From NCBI GenBank assembly GCA_030770535.1, contig JASVEC010000163.1:1-38690 (forward strand): a stretch of DNA of 38,690 nucleotides. The letters run 5' to 3'. The translations under genes were made by a program, and so were the position numbers. Shown piece by piece: positions 1-13,622 of this stretch. How positions within the stretch are numbered: position 1 is the first letter of the stretch; every line of letters starts with the position of its first letter. The notes beneath the pieces are model-generated. The model worked only from the letters and a program-made list of their open reading frames with translations, did no database searches and was not told where the DNA came from. The DNA comes from Batkoa obscura. Lineage: Eukaryota.

Positions 1-2349
1 GATATCATATTGCTATTATTATTTATAATATTTGTAAGAACACTTCGTTGTGTGTAGTTGACCAATAGCTTTATTTATAATTGAGCTAAAATATATAAGC
101 TTTAAAAAAAGATTTAAACTCAAAAGCATGTTTTATTTGAATATTATTAAATAAATGTCGGTCAATTAATCAAGGCTTGGTTATGGTTTCAATTATGATC
201 AAATGGTCAGTAGTTTCGAAATTTATCTTTTTAATCAATTAAATAATTAATATAAAAGATAGTTGTACTAAGTAAATCTCTTGAATCTTAGACCAAACAA
301 GCATATTAGTATCCAAGATAGAGTGTAATAAATTAAAGTTAGACTTAAGGTACTAGAAATATAGTAAGGAGATTGAAAAATCAATTTATAACATTACAAC
401 TGGAACCAAGTCTCTATTTTTCAAATAGTTTAGAAATACTTACACTTAAAAACTAATTTTGGTGTAAAAATAATAATGAAACAAATGTATTATTACAAGT
501 GTTTCTTTTCCTTGTTTTTGCAGGTCAAATATGCTAGAACAGTCTCCTCAATTTTTAAAAAAATTAGTTTTTCAATTCTGAGTTTGTCTTATTTCTGGAG
601 GCAAATAAACACAGAAAGTAAGAGCAGATAAACAAAAAAAATAGGATGGGTAAGGAAAAGAATAAAATCATTTACCCTATTATAGGAAAGTATGCGAGTT
701 CGGGAGAGCTGGGTTCTGGTCTAAGGATATTGTACTCGGTAGAAAAGTTTGTATTGATTTTTTGTACTAATTTTTACACTACTTTTATACAGTTTAAAGG
801 TGAACTAATCTTACTTAAATTCTAGGCCAAGTTTTTAGCTTAAAAAGTAGCCACAAACTTACAAAAATGGCCTAATTTTAAAATTTTTATAATTAATTCT
901 GTGAATGTTAGTTGAACGCTGTACAATTTTTAATTTTTGTGGTCCATCTTTGAGTTTTTTCTAAGTCAGTTTTACATCTAAGCCAGAGAAATAGAAACTA
1001 TGCTTTAAAAGAAGAAAAAGAGGAGGTCGCTTGTATTTTTTTAAAGAAGAGGTGGGTTTATTCTTTTTTTTAATTGATACAAAATATATTCTTTTTGTTT
1101 AAAAAAATTTTAATCTTGAAACTTTCTACGGAAGAGGGTTTTGTTTTGTTACAAACTTTTTTTAAATTTAGTAAAAATTCATAATTAACTGCTCTTTTGT
1201 CTTAATATTAAACAGAGTATTTTGGAATTTTATGTTGACTAAAAAATGATCAATAAAAAATTAATGAAAAATGAACTTTCCATTCTTATTCAATAAAAAG
1301 TTACATAATGTGCCACAGGACTTGCATTTGAATACCAAAAAACTTACACAAATAAACAGTTCTATGTTTCATTAATATATTTAACAAGATTACCACCAAT
1401 GGAATATGGCGATTTTTGTAGTTTTTATCTTATCTGTGTATGAGTAAGCTAGTTTGACTACTTATTATTCGAAGTGGAACTTAAAAGTGAATAGTATTTT
1501 TCGCTAATTGATGATGTCAAACTGAAATTTTAATAGGTGGGTCTAAAAAACTTGTTAATAGTCAGAGGTTAAGCATGAAAAAATTGAGCTATTTTAAAAA
1601 AGAAAATTTCAATTAAAATTAAGCTAAATTTCTATTGAAAAGAAAATGAAAATATAAGTTAATGTAAATAGACGAAGACATGTAAATAAATATTAATATA
1701 AAAATAGATATTAAGACATAGAGGACAAAAACATAAATAAAGTATTATTCCAAACCTTTTTGAAACAGTCTGACATAAATTTAATACAAAAAAATTAAAC
1801 TTAATCTTTGTGCATAAAAAGCTAAAGAGATCACCAAGGCATAATTATTATTCAACAAATAATTAAGCTAATGTAGCCCAGCCTTTAACTTAACCACGAC
1901 ATTTGCAGGCCAATTAATTTTTTGAAAATTAAAGACATTAAATGATAATAGTATAAATAAAAAGAAAAAGTCAGTTAATTACTGAAATTTTACAACTTAG
2001 TTAAAACAGTGATCAGATCATTCCTTAGCTTTTCAATTTTAAAAGAAACCCCACGTACCCTGAGCTGCTGACACTATTTATAAATTTTATTTTAACCCCT
2101 ATTTAAAATTGTTGAGCAAGTAAATCTAAAAATAGGCTTATTAAAGCACTCTAATTATCAGAAATACAAATTTATCCACCAATCAACCTGAATATTATTT
2201 AAAAATAGAGTAATTAATTTCGTATATCCATATATAGACAACAATAGAAAAAAAAAAAAATAATATAGCGCTTGCATTATAGTTAAAAAAAAGTATTTAA
2301 ACAAGGGTTTTATATTTAGTTCAACAATTCAATTTTTTTGATTCTTAAA

Positions 2350-4914
2350 ATGTCACTATCTATTATATTAAAGAAGTTGTTCATTATCACTTTATTCCTC
2401 TTTGTTTCCTTAATTACTTTCTCAAATGCTCAAGAGGATGCTTCTAATAATAACGCTATTTTAATCAATGATCCAGAAACTACCAACTCGTCTAGTAATT
2501 CCCCATTCTATAGTAACAAATTACATGGAGATATTGGCGCCCAAGCTGCCACCTTTGCTTTTTTGATCTTAGCCATGATCGATTATCTAATCTATACCCT
2601 TTTATTCTTATATGTCTTCTGTTTCGTAGTATTAAACTCCCGAGGTGGTAAAATCATCTTAGGAACTCTTATCATCCTATTATTCATAGGCATAAGATTA
2701 GTGTTTATCCCACTTATTTTGAATGCTATCCCTTACGATTGGGCACCCAAATTTCCTGAATTATTGATTGAAATTTCCTTTTATGCTTGTACCATCTCCT
2801 ACATTGTATTCTTTAATTTACCTGTAATCGCTTCACTTTATTTTGTTATTAAGTTTGGCTTTTCAGGAAAAAAATTGAAAGGCGGTATCATTAACCCAGA
2901 AACAAAAGAGATACCAAATGTAGTGATCATGATGCCAATTTATAATGAAGATGAGTTGCCTTTATTTCGTGCAGTAGAGTCTGCTATTCGTTCTGATTAT
3001 CCACCAGAAAAATTACATTTATTATTAGCTTTTGATGATGCTAGTGAATCTTCCTTATATTGGTCTTTATTAAAGAAATTAAAGGTTTTAAATAAGAACG
3101 TCCAAATGGAATGGGAACAGGAATTTGAAAAAATTAATACAACTGAACAAGATAAAGATTCTCTTTTCTTATTTCCACCACGTTTAGAATTAACTGTGGA
3201 AGGTGTAAGGGTAACCATTTGTCGTTTTCCACATGAAGGTAAATCCGCTACCCAAGGTAAAGGATTCAAAATCATTAATGAGATGTATGGTACATCTCAA
3301 AGATCCATTGATAACACTTTATTAATGTATATTGACTCCGATGTCATTTTACATGATAATGCCTTATATAACTTTGTTTCTACTATGGTTAATCATCCAA
3401 AGATGAATGCTTGTACTGGTTATATTACTTGTCGTACTTCGGATAAACCTAATTTATTACATTATTTACAAGATGCTGAATATTTAGAAGGTCAAATGTT
3501 TGCCCGTTCATTAGAGGCTTTAGCAGGTTCAGTAACCTGTTTACCGGGGGCTCTTACTATGTTACGTTTACAAGCTATGCGATCAGTTTCAGATCAATAT
3601 TTTATTGATTTTGATAAAAGAAAACCATTAAACTTCCATCGTTATTATTTAGGTGAAGATCGTTATATGACTCATTTATTAATGGAAAATTCTCAACATG
3701 CTCATACTATTGGTTTATGTGGTGCTTCTAGATGTAAAACGGATGCCCCAGATACTTGGCAAAAGTTAGTAAAACAACGTAGAAGGTGGTACCTTGGTGC
3801 TCTTATCAATGAGGCTCATATGTTATGTACCCCCAGATTATGGAAAGTGATGCCTATCTTGTTACTTTTGAAATTATTTGATTATGCTTCTGGTTCTTTA
3901 TCTTGGTTATTTATGGTTTATATCGTTGGTGTTATCAAAGGAGTTGTACCTATTTGGACTATGTGTGTGTTCTTTCCATGTTTAATATTGAAATATTTAT
4001 TATTAAGTATTAATGCTAGTTTTATGAATCGTACCAAAATTTTTATCTCTTTTCCAATCTTCTTTATTATCAATCCAATTTTTAAAATGTGGTGTACTAT
4101 CTATTCCATTTTCACTTGGGATACTCGTAGTTGGGGAGGTCCAAGAACTGATGCTAAGGAAGAAATTGATCATAAACAAAAAATGCAAGAATTGATGAAA
4201 CGTCGTCAACAATCCATTAAAAGATCTAAAAAATTATTGAAGCAAATGAAACAACGTTATAAGATTTTAAATCATAATTTATTGAGTGAAAGCACTAAAG
4301 TAGAAAATTCAGCTTATTTAAATGAAAAAGCGGAAAATGGAGCTATGCCACTTAAAAAGATTTTACCTTTCCCTTATGAAGTCGAAATTTTAGGTGGTGG
4401 GGAATATTTTACTGATTTAATTTATCCTGGTGTATTAGCTAATCACAAAAGAAACTTAAGTAATATTGATAGTGAAGTGAGCAGTATTAGTGAAGGTGAT
4501 ATCAACATAGTAATTCAAAGTGAAGAAACCAATAGCCCAATCAACCGTATTGATGAAAAATACATTTATGGTAAATACCATAAACATAATCCTTCCTTCT
4601 CCAACTCAAGTTTAGATCTCAATTCTTTGTCCAGAATGGAAAAGTTAACCTCCACCAAACATACAACAATTTTAGACCCAAATAGCTTTGCTAGTCGTTT
4701 GTCTGTTTACTCTTCTGCCCCAACATCAACTAATTCTTCAGTACGTCATTTGAGTGTTAATAATCATTCAACTGTAGCTATTGAATCTAATGTTAATACT
4801 TTACCTACTGGTATGTCCCGTTCTCCGCTTTCTCAAAATACAGAGGATTCAGCACATTCGAGTCAATTTGGTAGTGAGCCAGAAATCTCTTCAGATGATT
4901 TGGATAGAAATTAA
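2350..4914 (+). CDS. Chitin synthase (GT2), single exon, probably division 3 / class VI (ChsD-like)
   Basis: The ORF carries IDSD, SVTCLPGALTMLR, GEDRYMTHLLM, QRRRW and SWG motifs, N-terminal hydrophobic segments, C-terminal TM helices and a Ser-rich tail. The ORF track starts at TTG 2338; the first ATG is at 2350. The class assignment is an inference from motif wording and lack of myosin/cyt-b5 domains. Confidence 0.92.
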   Translation: MSLSIILKKLFIITLFLFVSLITFSNAQEDASNNNAILINDPETTNSSSNSPFYSNKLHGDIGAQAATFAFLILAMIDYLIYTLLFLYVFCFVVLNSRGGKIILGTLIILLFIGIRLVFIPLILNAIPYDWAPKFPELLIEISFYACTISYIVFFNLPVIASLYFVIKFGFSGKKLKGGIINPETKEIPNVVIMMPIYNEDELPLFRAVESAIRSDYPPEKLHLLLAFDDASESSLYWSLLKKLKVLNKNVQMEWEQEFEKINTTEQDKDSLFLFPPRLELTVEGVRVTICRFPHEGKSATQGKGFKIINEMYGTSQRSIDNTLLMYIDSDVILHDNALYNFVSTMVNHPKMNACTGYITCRTSDKPNLLHYLQDAEYLEGQMFARSLEALAGSVTCLPGALTMLRLQAMRSVSDQYFIDFDKRKPLNFHRYYLGEDRYMTHLLMENSQHAHTIGLCGASRCKTDAPDTWQKLVKQRRRWYLGALINEAHMLCTPRLWKVMPILLLLKLFDYASGSLSWLFMVYIVGVIKGVVPIWTMCVFFPCLILKYLLLSINASFMNRTKIFISFPIFFIINPIFKMWCTIYSIFTWDTRSWGGPRTDAKEEIDHKQKMQELMKRRQQSIKRSKKLLKQMKQRYKILNHNLLSESTKVENSAYLNEKAENGAMPLKKILPFPYEVEILGGGEYFTDLIYPGVLANHKRNLSNIDSEVSSISEGDINIVIQSEETNSPINRIDEKYIYGKYHKHNPSFSNSSLDLNSLSRMEKLTSTKHTTILDPNSFASRLSVYSSAPTSTNSSVRHLSVNNHSTVAIESNVNTLPTGMSRSPLSQNTEDSAHSSQFGSEPEISSDDLDRN

Positions 4915-5623
4915 TCATTATTATTCATGTATATTAAAAGTATTTAATTTTTTATGATTTAACGTTTTTTATTTTTGAAAAATAATTTTGTTTTAAAACT
5001 ATTATAGCAGGACTTTATAAAATCAATAGTTCACCTCAAGCCAAACACTATTAATTCATGTTTGAATTTTAACCCAAAGCTTAGATTGAATTCATCAAAA
5101 TGGGCTTTTTAAACTGTAGTTTGAATAAGCCCAAATCCATAACCCTTTTGAGCATTGAGTGTATTAAAAAATTCTATTCGACTGGGACCATGATTTCAAA
5201 TCGATTTTATACTAGTCGTATCAGTTTTTTTTGAAACTTAATATACGAAGGGTTAAGTCAATTTAGATTGTGAGAGTGATGTTCAGATTTTTTTGAATTG
5301 TAATGAGCATTGCTTACATGATTCTAAATTCAATTTAGTTTACGAAAATTTAGCAAGTATTGTTCCATCTACGCTACTTAAGTGGTTAGAATAACTTGCA
5401 ACTAAACGTCTTTTATTGTTTTTAGTTTGTGGTCGATTTTTTCTAATACAGATTAAAGTCACAGCTTTCCTTATTTCTTAAATTCATATTAGAGAATATT
5501 GACTATAAATTAAAAACAACAAAAGGCATCTAGTTGTAAGCTATTTGACCATCTAGAATTTATACTTTCGATAACCCAGTCAAGTTTCCACTTAAAAAAC
5601 TTAATAAAAAGCCTGAATTATAT

Positions 5624-5718
5624 GAGGACGTATTTTTGTTTAGAATCTTACTAGCAAATTTTCCGCTTAAATAATGCTTAAAAATGGAAAAAGTAATGAA
5701 GTCAAAAATAACACCCCC
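5624..5718 (+). mobile_element. ~98-bp MITE, copy 1
   Basis: GAGGACGTATTTTTG...AATAACACCCCC flanked by ATAT/ATAT; internal sequence shared with the other copies. Confidence 0.85.
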
Positions 5719-6116
5719 ATATGGTACTATTTCAATTCATATTTTAATGGTCTTAATAGTCGCATCAAATTTTGATGCCCTAAGGCATGTTCATCAATTA
5801 AAAATCATTAAATGATCATACGATTGCAATGCCCCAACTTAGGGATATTGATCAACAATTAAAGGTCCCCTAACTCCGTTTTTCAAGACAATTATATAAA
5901 CTATAGTTTAGTTTAAACAGACACCTTTTCTAAAGAGTTTTTGCTGGTAAATAATATGATTGATTATTTAATAGAGGATTTTAGGCAAGGAATTTAGCTA
6001 TAAAAAGTGATTTTAGATTACTGATATTATTTTTTATTGCTGATGACAGGTAGTCAAATTAATAGGCGTCAGAGTTGGCTTATTATTTTGTCTATTTTTA
6101 GTTGCTAATAATATAT

Positions 6117-6213
6117 GGGGATGTATTTTTGTGTAAGAATTTTACTAACAAATTTTCCGCTTAAATAATGCTTAAAAAATGGAAAAAATAATGAAGTCAA
6201 AAAAAACACTCCC
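6117..6213 (+). mobile_element. ~98-bp MITE, copy 2
   Basis: GGGGATGTATTTTTG...AAAAACACTCCC flanked by ATAT/ATAT. Confidence 0.9.
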
Positions 6214-6633
6214 ATATATTATCAGAAATAAAAAATATTGATATGATTATCTTTTTTTTGAAAATAGTATGTTAAGCATTCAGTCAGTGGTGTTTAAATT
6301 TTCATTAAAATTTTTTTATTCTTTATGCTTCATAAGTAACTAATATTACAATTTCAAATATCTTTAAAAACTTTAAATTGTTTATAAAAGTATAATGAAA
6401 AAATAAAATTTATCACAATATCACTTTTACTAACACATTTTTGGTATCAATAGCGTACATAAACCATATTGATTTTAAAAATAAACTTAATCTTATTTTG
6501 TACTCTGAGCTGTAAACAGTAATAATGTAAAATATTAATATACTATTTTAGAAATAATTGAGCTATATAACTTTAAATGAAATTCAAGTGCATTAAAATA
6601 TTAATATAATAATTAGAACAATTTTATTAATAT

Positions 6634-7437
6634 TTACAAATTATGAGAGTTAATTTCCTTTTTAAGATCCCCTTCAAGCTTCAAAGCTTTACCTTCCGCT
6701 TGCATTTGTTCATTACCAATGGCTGAACCAACAGTATCTTTAACATTTCCTTTCAAGTTATCTTTAACACCTTCACCATAAGCTAAAGCTTCAGCCGCTT
6801 TAAATTCAGCATCTCCCTTAGCCTTTTGAGCTGCCCCACTTGATTCTAATGATTTGTTACCTAAAGCATGACCAACATTTTCTTTTACTGCACCAATAGC
6901 GTAATTTAAATTAGCGTTGATTTTGGATGGTTCACCAGTACTATTTTCAACATCAACTGCTTTAGCTTCAGCACTGCCTTCTGCTTTTTGAGCAGCACCA
7001 GTAGCTTCAAGAGATTTATTTCCTAACACGTGGCCAACATTTTCTTTAACAACACCAACGGCATAATTAACATTGGCATTTAATTTGTTTGGTTCAGCTG
7101 CTTTATATTCCGCATCTCCTTTGGCTTTTTGTGCTAATCCAGTGGCCTTTAATGATTCATTTCCTAATACATGACCTACATTTTCTTTAACGGCACCAAC
7201 AACATAGTTTACATTAGCGGTGATTTTAGATGGTTCTTTACTTTCTTCTTTTTTTTCAGCTTCCTTTTCAGCTTCCTTTTCAGCATTAGCTGCTTTAAGT
7301 TCAGCACTACCTTCAGCTTGTTGAGCAATTCCGCTAGCTTCCAAAGATTCATTACCAAAAGCATGGCCTACGCTTTCTTTCACAGTACCAGCAGCATTAT
7401 TTAATCCAGCGGTTATTTTGGATGGTCCTAAACTCAT
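6634..7437 (-). CDS. CsbD-like / Hmp1-like (mismatched base pair and cruciform DNA recognition protein-like) stress protein with internal repeats
   Basis: 267 aa, rich in G/A/K/E. Four repeats of P(S/N)K..A..N...G.VKE.VGH..GN.SL...G.AQ.A.G.AE.KA plus a terminal GNVKDTVGSAIGNEQMQAEGK unit typical of CsbD-family proteins. TATATAAA on the minus strand at 7515-7522. Confidence 0.8.
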   Translation of the reverse strand: MSLGPSKITAGLNNAAGTVKESVGHAFGNESLEASGIAQQAEGSAELKAANAEKEAEKEAEKKEESKEPSKITANVNYVVGAVKENVGHVLGNESLKATGLAQKAKGDAEYKAAEPNKLNANVNYAVGVVKENVGHVLGNKSLEATGAAQKAEGSAEAKAVDVENSTGEPSKINANLNYAIGAVKENVGHALGNKSLESSGAAQKAKGDAEFKAAEALAYGEGVKDNLKGNVKDTVGSAIGNEQMQAEGKALKLEGDLKKEINSHNL

Positions 7438-7514
7438 TTTTGATTTATTGATTTTTGATTATAAGATGATTTTTTATTTTAATTAGAATAAAGTTTCTGA
7501 TTTCTTATTTCTTA

Positions 7515-7607
7515 TTTATATACTTTCTTAAATTTCTTAATTCTAAGGTTGAAATACGACGTAATAATGACTAGCTTTGAAAAAATGACCTCAAAATGAC
7601 CTCATTT
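7515..7607 (-). promoter_or_regulatory. Putative promoter of the CsbD-like gene: TATA box plus CRE/AP-1-like motifs
   Basis: TATATAAA at 7515-7522 (minus strand), ATTACGT at 7559-7565 (minus strand), tandem AAAATGACCTC x2 at 7582-7603. Confidence 0.4.
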
Positions 7608-7960
7608 TCATTAAAATTTGGTGAGTTAAAAAATTCCAATCACTTTTTGATCATTTTGATTACACCATTAATCCTTCGTATTAGTAGTAACTTAGTTTAT
7701 TAACTCAGATAATATTTGTAATCATAAATATTCAATAATTTTTAATGTTTAAATCAAGTCGTTAGATAATAGTAATTAAATGCTTCTAAATGTTTATTAT
7801 AAAATACACTTCCAAACAAGTGAGCAACTCTATTTACTATTTTTTAGTTAAAATTTTAATTTTAGTTTTTTAGACTAAATTTATGCAAAACTATTTTATC
7901 ATTCTTTTAGATTATACTCCAAATTTTCGAACTTAAACTCAATATTAACCAATCCTATAG

Positions 7961-8072
7961 CACATTAAATTTAAATGACATGTAGGGTAATTAAATTTAA
8001 TATTTTAATTTAGAAATAATAACTTTAAGATACTAAAATTAATTGCCCTATATGTCACTTAAATTTGATGTG
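7961..8072. repeat. Long fold-back hairpin A (~48-bp imperfect stem)
   Basis: CACATTAAATTTAAATGACATGTAGGGTAATTAAATTTAATATTTTAA pairs with TTAAGATACTAAAATTAATTGCCCTATATGTCACTTAAATTTGATGTG; the core is shared with hairpin B at 19155. Confidence 0.85.
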
Positions 8073-8180
8073 GTATGTATCTAATTTCACCGAACATTTC
8101 TACTAGGTTTTTAGTAACAAATAAAATATAAATACTTTCCATTGAATAAAATATCAGCTTTTTTTATTTTATTTTATACA

Positions 8181-9846
8181 ACGAATAAGGGTAAATTAAA
8201 AGAAGAACAAGTCAACCCGATCAAATTAAACGAAAAATTGCAAAATTAACATTAACGATTAACATTTATACTCATTTTATTAAAAGCATTGTGACATTCA
8301 ACTGAATAGAATTAGTTCTAGTATGTTTAATTTTAATTTTAATTTTAAATAAGTGTTAGATTATTTAATTGGGTCAGTGAATAATTGTCTCATTATAATA
8401 ATAGAATTTAGTAAGTGAACGAATTGGAGATAATAAAAAGAATTAAACTATTTTAAATTCAAATATAATATCAAATAAATGTATATATTACCTCTAACAC
8501 TTCTATCATCAATAGGAAGTATAATACTATCACTAACATATAAGATATTGGAAAGTTTTTAGAATTTGATATGAACCTCATACCAACTCTTTTTGATCCT
8601 GGGGATCAATGGCTTAATCGAAGCACAATCTCTTGATAGCTCAAAGAAAGAATTATGAATTACTTCTATTTGTTTTTTTATTAATAGTTAAATTCATTCT
8701 GCCCTCGACAAGTTCCATTTATAATCTCATTTGTTTTAATAGTTTAAGAAATATTTGATCGTTGTTGCCTGAAGCACATGTAAAACCAAGCTATAATAAT
8801 TTAATTGCTTTGGGTTTTTTAAGTTGTTTAGGATTGTATTACTGTAATTATAAATTGACAATAAAATGCTTTTTTTGGTGCGGTTAAGATAACAAAGATG
8901 TTAGGGTTGAATCTCAAAAATAAGGAAATGGAATTGAATCGTAAATTAACTTATTAAAGTAATAGCTTATGGAATGTTTTGTACACATTGTATATTATTT
9001 ATATTGGTGTTATACTTAATTTTTCAGCATATAAATTTGATATTGATCAAGTGGATTTAGTACCTTATTTAAATATTGGAGAATGTCGCTTTTTGGAAGT
9101 TGGACAAAGTGAAGAGAACACAAAATATGAAAGACATCAAATATTTCTTAAGAAGGTTGTAGCTATTAATTTATTTATTATCCAACATACTTTAAACATT
9201 AAACACAAAAAAAAAGAGTTAATATCAATAATAAAAAACGAAGAGGTAAAGTTGCCATCATCTGAGTTTAATCAACAGAATACAATATTAATGAGTTTAA
9301 ATTTGGAATTGAACAATAATAAAATAGTAAACAAGAACACTCAATTAAATGTTTATAATTATTTCCAATTATTAGTTAATACTTCATTGATTTTATTATA
9401 CTATCCAATATTACAATTAATACCTAAACCAATGAAATTTTCAAAAGAAGAAAATGAACTTTTACTTAATTTAGTTGATATGTCATTTGAAATAATATTT
9501 AAATCAGATAATAAAGATAGTACAATAAATGAAGTTGATAATCCATTAACTGAAATAAAAGTACTTATTGCTGGTATTGAAAAGAAACAAACTATTATTT
9601 CATGTGCTCAATTTAAAGTATTAGTTTTTGTTTATTGGAATCAGTTTCATTATAACTGGGAATAATGTTAATTTATTACAAGATAACAAGACGATTTTAA
9701 AAGTAGTCAAATTGATGGAAAAAGAAAGTAAAGATAAAATGTACGAAGAGGTTGAGATAACATTGTTATAGTTAAAGAATACATTAAATAGGTTTTTATT
9801 ACCTTTGGGATATGCTAATATGGTTCAACAGATATTGAATAGGTAA
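8181..9846 (+). pseudogene. Degenerate paralog of the genes at 13623-15357 and 15974-17709
   Basis: Homologous exon-1 remnant (RRTSQPDQIKRKIAKLT...DIQLNRISS) and an intron at the same position (8321-8359). Fragments IINRKYNTITNI*DIGKFLEFDMNLIPTLFDP and LNRFLLPLGYANMVQQILNR* carry stops and frameshifts. ORF 8979-9665 is its only open piece. Confidence 0.85.
9025..9614 (+). repeat. 590-bp inverted repeat arm, apparently identical to the reverse complement of 13884-14473
   Basis: The translations AYKFDIDQ...IISCAQF are identical in both ORFs; nucleotide spot checks are identical; identity stops abruptly at both ends. Confidence 0.93.
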
Positions 9847-9931
9847 AAGTTGGTTATAAAACTTAAGCAAAATAATGATAATAATAAACAACTTATTATA
9901 AAGTGTAACCTAATTTTAATAATTTTCTATT

Positions 9932-11112
9932 TTAATCTTCCATTTCATTCTCATCCTTTTCTTTATTTTTTAATCCTTTTGTAAGTACTTGAGTTACTAA
10001 ACTGTATTGTTGGAAACAAGTATCTAAACATTTATGCATACCCTATAAAGTAGAATATTAAATAAATACACTATAAAAAACCAATAGAGCTAATAATAAC
10101 AAACTTACACTTCTAGTTAATTGTAAATCTAAAGGTAAGCCTTCCACAATAAAATGATTAATTAAATTTAATGAAGGCATAACAGCTAACATCATTTTTG
10201 AATCAGATATTAAATCATCTTCTTTAAAATTGCCATCAATTAACATAACATCTTTTTGAAATACCTATACATAATAAAATAAAAAATTAAACAAATTGAT
10301 TATATTAATATAATGTTTCCTAATTAAAACTCCATTATCTTAATTCTATTTTGACTTAAACTAAGTTGAAATTAAAATACATTAAAAACTTACTGCTGAA
10401 CTACCAATAACTAGATCAACCATTTCAATACCAGCTGTAGTTAAAGCTATTGAGGCAGCTGTAATTGCATTAGCTAAACAGCTCATAGTACCATCATTTT
10501 GTAATATAGTAATAAATAATTCAATTGTTGATTTTGGATATCTATCTAATCGAATAGCTGGAGATAAACTTTGCTCAATAATTTTTGAAACTTCTTTTTG
10601 TTTTTCAGTCTAAAAAGAAAAAGTGAGTTAGTTATGATCATCAAATGAGTTGAGATGATCAAAATTTACTGGTTGATGAGGTTGACGAGTTTTTTTTGAG
10701 AAGGAAGCATACTTTAATTCACAAGTTAATGAAGCAGATGATGAAAATAACTGCTTTTTTTGTTGTCTTGGACCATAGCTATTAAACAGAATAAAAGTTA
10801 ATATAATTAATAGAATAGAAATTTAGTAATTAAATAGTTACACAGAACAAATCAATTTTGTATTTCCGCTTTCGATAAAACAAGAACCTTTGGCTTGAGG
10901 AATTAAATTTGTTTTAATAACTATAAAAATCAATTAACATTAATTTAAATTTTATTAATATAACTGTAAATAATTTATTTACAAGGTAGTCGAAATTGAT
11001 CGAAATTTCTATTGTCTTCTCTTTTATTAAAATCAATTGAATTATCTAATTCTTCTTTTTTATAATAAGGTGCTACACTAAGTTCAGGCCCAGTTATACG
11101 TCTACGATCCAT
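9932..11112 (-). CDS. MTR3: Exosome complex RNase PH-like subunit, MTR3/EXOSC6-like; 6 exons
   Basis: Spliced translation MDRRRITGP...REDNRNFDQFRLP/FIKTNLIPQAKGSCFIESGNTKLICSV/YGPRQ...CELKYASFS/...AIRLDRYPKSTIELFITILQNDG...NAITAASIALTTAGIEMVDLV/...; all introns GT-AG. The N-terminal DRRRIxGP motif is typical of fungal Mtr3. Confidence 0.85.
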
Positions 11113-11401
11113 TTTCTCAAAACAAAAATTTAAAGAGTAAAATTCAATAAATTTATAAAACTTCAATTGGTTTTGCAATTAATTTGCTTTTTTATTGCAA
11201 AAAGTGAATGAATTATTTCAAAAATAAAATACTAAAAATATTCTAATTAATATATATCCATTTATTAAATTCTAACTATATCAAACTTAACTTTCCTTTT
11301 TAAATCAAAAAAGAAAGCTTCTACTCAACAATAATCAAAACTCAACGACACCTCTATAATATTTCCCCCTCACCTCTACTAATCTTATTCTTTTTAAAAC
11401 T

Positions 11402-13068
<1,667 letters not shown>

Positions 13069-13622
13069 TATGTGATCGTCTTTCAATTACTATGATTTAG
13101 TTGCTAATTGCTATTATTGCTATCGTTAACTAGTAGCTTATCGATTATCTAAAATCTAAAGAATAAAAAATATAATCTATCTAATCTGAAAAAATAAGAT
13201 AGTTTTTGAATGTTATTCATTTTGACCCAATAAAATTGGAAATTCAAGTCCATATGCTAGATAAAGAGTAAATTTTAACAACCTAAAATTAATAATCCGT
13301 ATTTTGAATTAAAATAAAAACTAAATAATATCATGTTATATTTCAAAATTCCATCTTTTATTTTATTAGAATAATTTTATTTCATTATTTTGCAGCTCTT
13401 TGATTTCTGATTCTTTTTAAATTCATTTTAAAATAAACTTATCTAAAAAAATTCAATTTTTTATTATTACTTGATAATCAGTAAAGATATCAAGGTAACT
13501 TTAATTCAATTATCTAAAAATATTTATGAAAATCTTATTTTAGTTGAATTGAATTTATTAAAAAGGTTTCGTTTCTAAATAACTATACTTTATTAACTAT
13601 ACTTTTATTAAAAAAATCCTCT

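Noticed and set aside
2997..4212. Minus-strand ORFs 2997-3275 and 4003-4212
   Set aside because: Antisense shadows of the chitin synthase with no recognisable motifs.
7171..7404. 77-aa Phe-rich ORF
   Set aside because: Antisense to the Lys/Glu-rich part of the CsbD-like gene.
8979..9665. 228-aa ORF as a stand-alone gene
   Set aside because: TTG start; it is open only because of the identical tract inside a broken pseudogene.
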